Source: Chrysomallon squamiferum (lineage: Eukaryota > Animalia > Mollusca). From it: a stretch of 64,000 bases of DNA. Below are positions 56,060-64,000 of the stretch, piece by piece. The stretch spans positions 5,332,001 to 5,396,000 of the forward strand of contig CM022669.1 in the NCBI GenBank assembly GCA_012295275.1. The letters run 5' to 3'. Under the pieces are notes generated by a model. The model was not told where the DNA came from and searched no databases. It saw only the letters and a program-made list of their open reading frames with translations. The position numbers were made by a program, and so were the translations under genes. Position 1 is the stretch's first letter. Each line of letters opens with the position of its first letter.

Positions 56060-56887
56060 TTAGTAACAAAGCGTGGTATAGGCCTGGCTGACTTGACCCA
56101 TTTCGTTGTACAGACCGCAATTCCAATTCTGCTGAGACGGCATCTGTGCAGGTATGTTCATCGGAAGCAGGGACATCTGAGACGACGGCATTTGGCCTGT
56201 GTACAGCATCTGTGCAGGAGCCGAGTAGATGTGACTGGGGTACATGGCAGGCGTACTCGAGTAGCAGGGAAAGTTCATCGAGGCCGCGACGGTCGAGTGG
56301 GTCATGGGTACATAGCCCAAATTTTTCCTGTACTCGGAAGAGATGTTGGCAACGCTGACGTCCTTCATGGAACTTTTGCGTGCACGGCGACGAGCATGTC
56401 GACGTCGGAAGTCGCCTTTGGCGAAGTCGTTTTCGCAAGCTGGATGAACGGACCAATAGTTTCCCTTACCGTTTTCCGCCCGCCCGCTTTTGATGAAACA
56501 TTCGTTCAGCGAGAGATTGTGACGTATGCTGTTTTTCCATGCCTTGCTTTTGTCGTTGAAGTATGGAAAGTTGTCGCTGATGTACTGGTAGATGTCGCCT
56601 AGCAACATCTTCTTTCTTACATCACTGAGGATTGCCAAGGAAATGAGCGCAATGTACGAATGGTCTGGTTTCGATGAACGCAGATTTTCAAAGTTATTTG
56701 TAGCTGCTTTGTCAAGAGACATCAGGACGTAACTGATGGGGTCCGAAGTGTCCCCGCTGCTGCTGCCGGAGTCGCTGGTCACGGACAGGGAGTCATTTGA
56801 GGAGACAGAGTTAAGTGGCAACTCCAAAATATCACGTCTCTGATCATTGGTCTGTCCTGTAAGGAAGTCGATGCTGAAGTTAATCAT
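56060..56887 (-). CDS. foxQ2: FoxQ2-class transcription factor, copy 7 (275 aa)
   Basis: Intact ORF with NIPA and SQQN variants near the C-terminus. Confidence 0.93.
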   Translation of the reverse strand: MINFSIDFLTGQTNDQRRDILELPLNSVSSNDSLSVTSDSGSSSGDTSDPISYVLMSLDKAATNNFENLRSSKPDHSYIALISLAILSDVRKKMLLGDIYQYISDNFPYFNDKSKAWKNSIRHNLSLNECFIKSGRAENGKGNYWSVHPACENDFAKGDFRRRHARRRARKSSMKDVSVANISSEYRKNLGYVPMTHSTVAASMNFPCYSSTPAMYPSHIYSAPAQMLYTGQMPSSQMSLLPMNIPAQMPSQQNWNCGLYNEMGQVSQAYTTLCY

Positions 56888-59800
56888 AGCTGGACGATTT
56901 TTTCTTTGAACGCTGAAATCTTCTTTCTTTCGTTCTTTTTAAAATCTTTTCTTGCAGCAGAAATTACAGTAAGTATTATTTGAAACAGTGAATCTGAAAG
57001 TGAAGTGTCTTGGCCACGTCGGCCTTATATAATGATATGTCGTCTCTTTTGATTGGTCGAATATGTCTTCATTCTGATTGGCTGATCGTGGAAATTTTCA
57101 CAGTTTGTCGCATGCACGTATACATATGTTCATACGCAAAAATACATAATTATTATGCAAAAATTCGTTCATTCACATTTACATTGCATTTGTCTATTAT
57201 TATTATTATTATTATTATTATTAAATTACTTTTTTCATATACTTTATAAATCAATTCTTTAGTTAAGAGTATTTGTTTATAATTAAATTGGTTACTTTCT
57301 TACTTTTGACCTAAAATACATCATTTTCGTGTTAATTATTTATTTAATAAAAATACGTCCTTCTACCAGTTGTTTGTACCTGTAGTTATCCTAAACAATA
57401 ATCCATCAATAAAACTGTAAACAATTTCAAAAAAAAAATGCCGGACTTTGTAGGTTATTAGGCGTTATCAATACGACCATGGCCGAGTATCTATGTTAAT
57501 ATGGTTTTGCAAAACACGTCACCTCTGACGTCAGTAGATTGATTCTCTTCCGAAGTCTGTGAGATAAACCAACGCAGAGTTTTTCTTCTAATTACCGCGT
57601 TGTCAAGTGAATCTTGTTCTTATACATGATGTACTTTAATTTTAGTAAATGATCGAAAAAGAAAAGTTAAAAAGGAAATAGAGACAGAAGGAGAAGGAGG
57701 AACAACAACAACAACAATATAACAAATATATATATATAAATAACATAAAAAAACCTATTATTATTATTATTATTATAACCAGCATCATCATTATTATTAT
57801 CGTCTTCATTATTTTTATCATCATCATTCTGAACAATCTTTTACTAACTTGTAAATTTATTATATAATTTCTTAAATGGAACTTTAAAATACTATAAGAA
57901 TGAAATCAGGATTAAGCCTTCGTTGATAATATTTACCTTGATACTGTATGTTTTATGCATGTATGTATGAGTGCATGTATATATGTATGCATGCATACGT
58001 ATGTATATGTATATGTATATATAAGTGTATGTGTGTTTCTATATAATCATTTTTTGTTTTTCTTTTCTATTTATGTATATTGTATACATGTATTTATGTA
58101 TGTACGTTGTATTGCTTTGCTTTTATTTATTTATTTATATATTTATTTTAGATGGCTTTTGTAAATGTTATTTTTGTTTATTTTTGTTTTCTCTTGTTTA
58201 ATTCTCCACGACATATCTGTGACATGTTTTTTGTTTATCACTTGAGCGATATGTTACTGTGTTTACATTTTGTAAGCAATGAATGAACAGTGTCTTTATT
58301 ATACAATGAAACTTTACGGGATGTGAATGGAGTTTGCTTCAGTTAACATGTTTAGTGAATTATTTCTGGACATGATAGCGTAAAACTGTAGCAAACAGTA
58401 TCATTGTTTGGTTCTTGTTTCACAAATATGTTTATGAACAACACAGAAAAAGAAACAAACGGTCGTGTTTGCAGCAGTGCTTCATGGGTATGTTAAGGCT
58501 AATGCAAGGTTAAAAAACAAAACGTAGCTGAGCTGATCATTTGTAAAAGCTGATTCATGGCATATACCCACATCCTCACGCTTTGTCCGTTTTGCTGGTG
58601 AGTTCGGCAGAAAATGATTGAAAATGATTACTGAGGGTTAAATATATTTTGTTCATTTTAAATGTGAATTCAAAGTTAAAAATCAAACGAATAGTAAGCA
58701 AAATAAAACAATTACTACAAACATGTTACATCTGAAGTTAATATTCTTTGTTCCACAAGCTGTGGCATTATGTGTCTTAATAATTGTGGAATAATTGTCT
58801 ATATTTTGGCGGTTTATGGGTTGTCGAAAAAAGTAGTCATAATAAATAATCGATTTAAAGAAATATATGTATTTTTAATTTTCACAGACATACTAATGAA
58901 CAGTAGAGCAGTTAAGACGAAGCCTTGCTTATATAGTGAGAAAATACATTTTACTACCTGTTTCTAATTTATAATTTCATGGAATAAACTGCGATAACTA
59001 TTTAAATACAAAAATGGCGGATTGACGTACCAACAATTTATGCACCATGCTGGGGACACGCGATTTTCTAGGTTTCTGAACCAACGAGTAACGTGTATGT
59101 ATATATATATATATAAACCGTATTCTGAACACATTTTTATATGGGTGTAATATAAAAAACGCACTAAAATATCGAAAAAATTATCTTACTCGTTTCAACA
59201 CTAAAGCTAGACATAGAATACGTTTCCAGGCAACAGAATGAAAAGTGGCCATACAGCTTTCACAGTTATTTATTGTTGTGAAAAGGTGCGGTTTGATAGA
59301 ATCTTCTTGTTACCATTTCATTTTATTATTTTCCTGTTTTTCTTTCTCTTTTATTCAAGGAAAAACAACTTTGAATAGCAATCTATCTGACACGTTAAAA
59401 ATAAATTTGTCCTTCGTTTTTGTACATACTTACACATATACAAACATTCTAATATACACATAAATATATATATATACATTATTATTTACTTACCTACACA
59501 CATACAGACATTCATACGCACATACAGTTACATACATTTTTGAGAAATATATATATGCAGTGTGTTTGTGTGTGAATGTGTGTGTGTATGTATGTATGTT
59601 TATATATGTATATATATATTGCTGTAACAAGGTACTGAATGATATCTTTCATGACATAATAAAATCATCGTTAATTAGTCTCAGTTAAAAGTTTCTACCT
59701 GTTCTAATTAACTGGTGCCAATGTTCCCACGCATGTCAGAAGAACAAACACAGGTGCTTATACATCAACTCAGAATTCAGATCCTATTAAAAGAAGTAGT

Positions 59801-61780
59801 AACTGTAGTTGTAGTGGTCGATATGGTAGTAAGTTTATTTTTTATTTTTTGTTTTAGCAAATATAACAAAGGTAGCAGTTTTAGTAGTAATAGTAGTCGT
59901 AGCAATAGCAGTTCTAATAGCAGCAGCGGTAGCAATAATACCAGTACGAGCTGTAATGTTAGTAGTTTTAATACTACTAGTAATAGAAGTAGTACTAGTA
60001 ATTGTAGTATAGTAGAATCAGCATCAGTGGTAGTATTAGTAGTAGTAGTAGTAGTAGTAATAGTAGCAGTTGTAGTAAAAGCAGCAGCAATAACCGTTGA
60101 TGTTGTAAGAGCTCATTTTTGAATGAATGGACCAAAGTGCCTTTTTATAAAAAGAAAAAACAGAAAGGAAAAACCAAAAAAAAATAAAAATAAAATAAAA
60201 AAATCCCTCAGTAACTACTGCTGTATGTTAACAACAATCTCACCCACAACAGTAGTCGGGACTAAATGTTCCAGATAACACACCTTCGACTATTTTCGTG
60301 TCATGCACATTAATCGCTGCGGTAGACCGTAAATTAACGATCATTGCCGAATATTAACAGGCTTTAGATGGGCTAATTTGGAACGAAAAGATCAGCAGTT
60401 TCGTTTAACTACGGCAATTCTAATCTTAGTAGCATTCAACTGACATGTATATATATTGGTTAGTTTCTTACTTTTGACCTGAAATAGGGTCTGTGTTATT
60501 TATTTATTTAACCCAAAATATATCCGTCTAGCAGTTCTTTGTACGTGCAGTTATCCTGCCCAAACAATAAACAATGCTAATCAAATTAGGATATTTCTAA
60601 AAAAAAGCTGGACTTTGTAGGTATAAGCGTTATCAATACGACCATGGCCGAGTATCTATGTTAATATCGTTTCGCTAATGACGTCACCTCTGACGTCAGT
60701 AGATTGATTCTCTTCCGAAGTCTGTGAGATAAACCAACGCAGTTTTTCTTCTAATTACCGCGTTGTCAAGTGAATCTTGTTCTTATACACGATGTACTTT
60801 AATTTGAGTAAATGATCGAAAACAAAAGTGAAATAACTGAAAAAGGAAAAAGAAAATACGAGAAAGGAGGAGGAGAAGGAAAAATAACAACAGAAACGAA
60901 AATAATAAAACAAATAAATATAAAATAAAAATAAAAATAATAAACTGAAATAAAATGAAATAAAATAAAATAAAAGTATTATTGTTATTATTCTTACAAT
61001 AATAATCACCATCATCATCATAGTCATCATTATTATTATCATCATTATATTTATTATTATTATTTTATCATTATTAATGTAGCCATCATCATAGTTATTA
61101 TTATCGTGCTGATTAGTTTTATCATCATCGTTTCAGAAATTCATAAACGTGACTTTAAAAAAGTGTAAGAAAGAAATCAGGACCAAACGTTTCTTCATAT
61201 TTACCTTGCAATTGTATTTCTTATGCAAGTATGTATGTATGTATTCATCCGTATGTATTCGTATTCGATTATATTGTTGTGTGTGTGTATCTATATAATC
61301 GTATTTCTATAATAGCTTTTCTATTTATATATATATTGTATATATGTATGTGTTTATTTGTGTGTGTTATGTGTGTGTGTGTATAAGTGTATGTGTGTGT
61401 GTGTATGTGTGGGTGTAAAGATAATAGCCATATTACTAATACATTCACTTTCACCGAACTGAAAACAGTTATCAAACATAATCTAATAAATAACAAAACC
61501 AGTTTTCTTCTTATTCAGTATTTATTAAATAAAATATTCCCTGACAAATAACATTAAGAAATAACAGGAAAAATATTTACAACGTAACAGAGATCAATAA
61601 CAATAACAAAACAAAAATGTGAAATGTTTTCCTTTTCGAAAACAAAAAATATTATTCTCCGATGTCAAAGACTTCACATCAAACACTAACAGTATTAACA
61701 CTATTGCATGCTAACATATCAATGATATTGTATTTACATTAATGGCACAGTGATAAAGTCAAACAATGTTCTGTAAAAAG

Positions 61781-62608
61781 TTAGTAACAAAGCGTGGTAT
61801 AGGCCTGGCTGACTTGACCCATTTCGTTGTACAGACCGCAATTCCAATTCTGCTCAGACGGCATCTGTGCAGGTACGTTCATCGGAAGCAGCGACATCTG
61901 AGACGACGGCATTTGGCCTGTGTACAGCATCTGTGCAGGAGCCGAGTAGATGTGACTGGGGTACATGACAGGCGTACTCGAGTAGCAGGGAAAGTTCATC
62001 GAGGCCGCGACGGTCGAGTGGGTCATGGGTACATAGCCCAAATTTTTCCTGTACTCGGAAGAGATGTTGGCAACGCTGACGTCCTTCATGGAACTTTTGC
62101 GTGCACGGCGACGAGCATGTCGACGTCGGAAGTCGCCTTTGGCGAAGTCGTTTTCGCAAGCTGGATGAACGGACCAATAGTTTCCCTTACCGTTTTCCGC
62201 CCGCCCGCTTTTGATGAAACATTCGTTCAGCGAGAGATTGTGACGTATGCTGTTTTTCCATGCCTTGCTTTTGTCGTTGAAGTACGGAAAGGTGTCGCTG
62301 ATGTATTGGTAGATGTCGCCTAGCAACATCTTCTTTCTTACATCACTGAGGATTGCCAAGGAAATGAGCGCAATGTACGAATGGTCTGGTTTCGATGAAC
62401 GCAGATTTTCAAAGTTATTTGTAGCTGCTTTGTCAAGAGACATCAGGACGTAACTGATGGGGTCCGAAGTGTCCCCGCTGCTGCTGCCGGAGTCGCTGGT
62501 CACGGACAGGGACTCATTTGAGGAGACAGAGTTAAGTGGCAACTCCAAAATATCACGTCTCTGATCATTGGTCTGTCCTGTAAGGAAGTCGATGCTGAAG
62601 TTAATCAT
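61781..62608 (-). CDS. foxQ2: FoxQ2-class transcription factor, copy 8 (275 aa)
   Basis: Intact ORF sharing the SDTFPY and TPVMY variants with copy 4. Confidence 0.93.
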   Translation of the reverse strand: MINFSIDFLTGQTNDQRRDILELPLNSVSSNESLSVTSDSGSSSGDTSDPISYVLMSLDKAATNNFENLRSSKPDHSYIALISLAILSDVRKKMLLGDIYQYISDTFPYFNDKSKAWKNSIRHNLSLNECFIKSGRAENGKGNYWSVHPACENDFAKGDFRRRHARRRARKSSMKDVSVANISSEYRKNLGYVPMTHSTVAASMNFPCYSSTPVMYPSHIYSAPAQMLYTGQMPSSQMSLLPMNVPAQMPSEQNWNCGLYNEMGQVSQAYTTLCY

Positions 62609-62915
62609 AGCTGGACGATTTTTTCTTTGAACGCTGAAATCTTCTTTCTTTCGTTCTTTTTAAAATCTTTTCTTGCAGCAGAAATTACAGTAAGTATTAT
62701 TTGAAACAGTGAATCTGGAAGTGAAGTGTCTTGGCCACGTCGGCCTTATATAATGATATGTCGTCTCTTTTGATTGGTCGAATATGTCTTCATTCTGATT
62801 GGCTGATCGTGGAAATTTTCACAGTTTGTCGCATGCACGTATACATATGTTCATACGCAAAACATACATAATTATGATGCAAAAATTCGTTCATTTCATT
62901 TACATTGCATTTGTC

Positions 62916-62951
<36 letters not shown>

Positions 62952-64000
62952 AATTAATATTTTCATATAATTGATACGTGAATTCTTTCTTTATGAGTCA
63001 TTCTTTATAAATAAAATGGTTAGTTTTGACCTAAAATACATCATTTCCGTGTATGAAAAATTATTTAATAAAAATACGTCCTAATAAAAGTTCTTTGTTC
63101 CAGCAGTTATCCTGCCCAAACAATAATCAATGCTGATCAAATTAGGTTACTTCTGAAAAAAAAGCGTGGTAGATATTAGGCGTTGTCAATACGACCGTGG
63201 CCGAGTATCTATGTTAATATGGTTTTGCAAAACACGTCACCTCTGACGTCAGTAGACTGATTCTCTTCCGAAGTCTGTGAGATAAACCAACGCAGAGTTT
63301 TTCTTCTAATTACCGCGTTGTCAAGTGCATCTTGTTCTTGTAAATGATGTACTTTAATTTGAGTAAATGATCGAAAAAGAAAAGAAAATAGAGACAGAAG
63401 GAGAAGGAGGAACAACAACAACAATATAACAAATATATGTATATATATATATAAATAACATAAAATAAAACTATTATTATTATTATTATTATAACCAGCA
63501 TCATTATTATTATTGTCGTCTTCATTATTTTTATCATCATCATTCTGAATAATCTTTTACTAACTTGTAAATTTATTATATAATTTCTTAAATGGAACTT
63601 GAAAATACTAAAGAATGAAATCAGGATTAAGCCTTCGTTGATAATATTTACCTTCATACTGTATGTTTTATGCATGTATGTATGAGTGCATGTATATATG
63701 TATGCATGCATACGTATGTATATGTATATGTATATATAAGTGTATGTGTGTTTCTATATAATTATTTTTTGTTTTTCTTTTCTATTTATGTATATTGTAT
63801 ACATGTATATATGTATGTACGTTCTATTGCTTCGCTTTTATTTATTTATTTATATATTTATTTTAGATGGCTTTTGTAAATGTTATTTTTGTTTATTTTT
63901 GTTTTCTCTTGTTTAATTCTCCACGTCATATCTGTGACATGTTTTTTGTTTATCACTTGAGCGATATGTTACTGTGTTTACATTTTGTAAGCAATGAATG

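Larger units (their letters stand above)
23390..64000. repeat. FoxQ2-encoding macrosatellite / tandem gene array, units 4.6-5.7 kb, continuing off the right edge
   Basis: Start-to-start spacing is 4588 and 4594 bp for the + copies and 4817, 5188 and 5721 bp for the - copies. Spacer sequence and spacer shadow ORFs recur in every unit. Confidence 0.97.

Overview
AT-rich, microsatellite-laden animal genomic DNA (an invertebrate, plausibly a mollusc or other lophotrochozoan; this is inference from composition and gene content). 1-11.47 kb is a ~635-bp tandem satellite (18 units) that appears to sit in an intron. 11.6-14.2 kb carries the last coding exons of a + strand gene whose poly-Q C-terminus resembles ARNT/HIF-1beta, followed by a long putative 3' UTR. 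From ~21.3 kb to the window end there is a macrosatellite-like array of 4.6-5.7 kb units, each with one intronless, near-identical FoxQ2-class forkhead gene (275 aa, N-terminal eh1 motif) and its own CCAAT/TATA promoter and polyA signal. It contains 6 intact copies, 1 frameshifted copy, 1 copy cut by a 200-N gap and 1 deleted remnant. A 3-copy block is inverted relative to the rest, with both breakpoints at microsatellites. The protein carries a beta-catenin-like DSGxxS motif with a 4-serine GSK3-type ladder. The architecture recalls DUX4/D4Z4. True copy number and some fine variants are uncertain because of the gap and signs of collapsed-repeat consensus noise.
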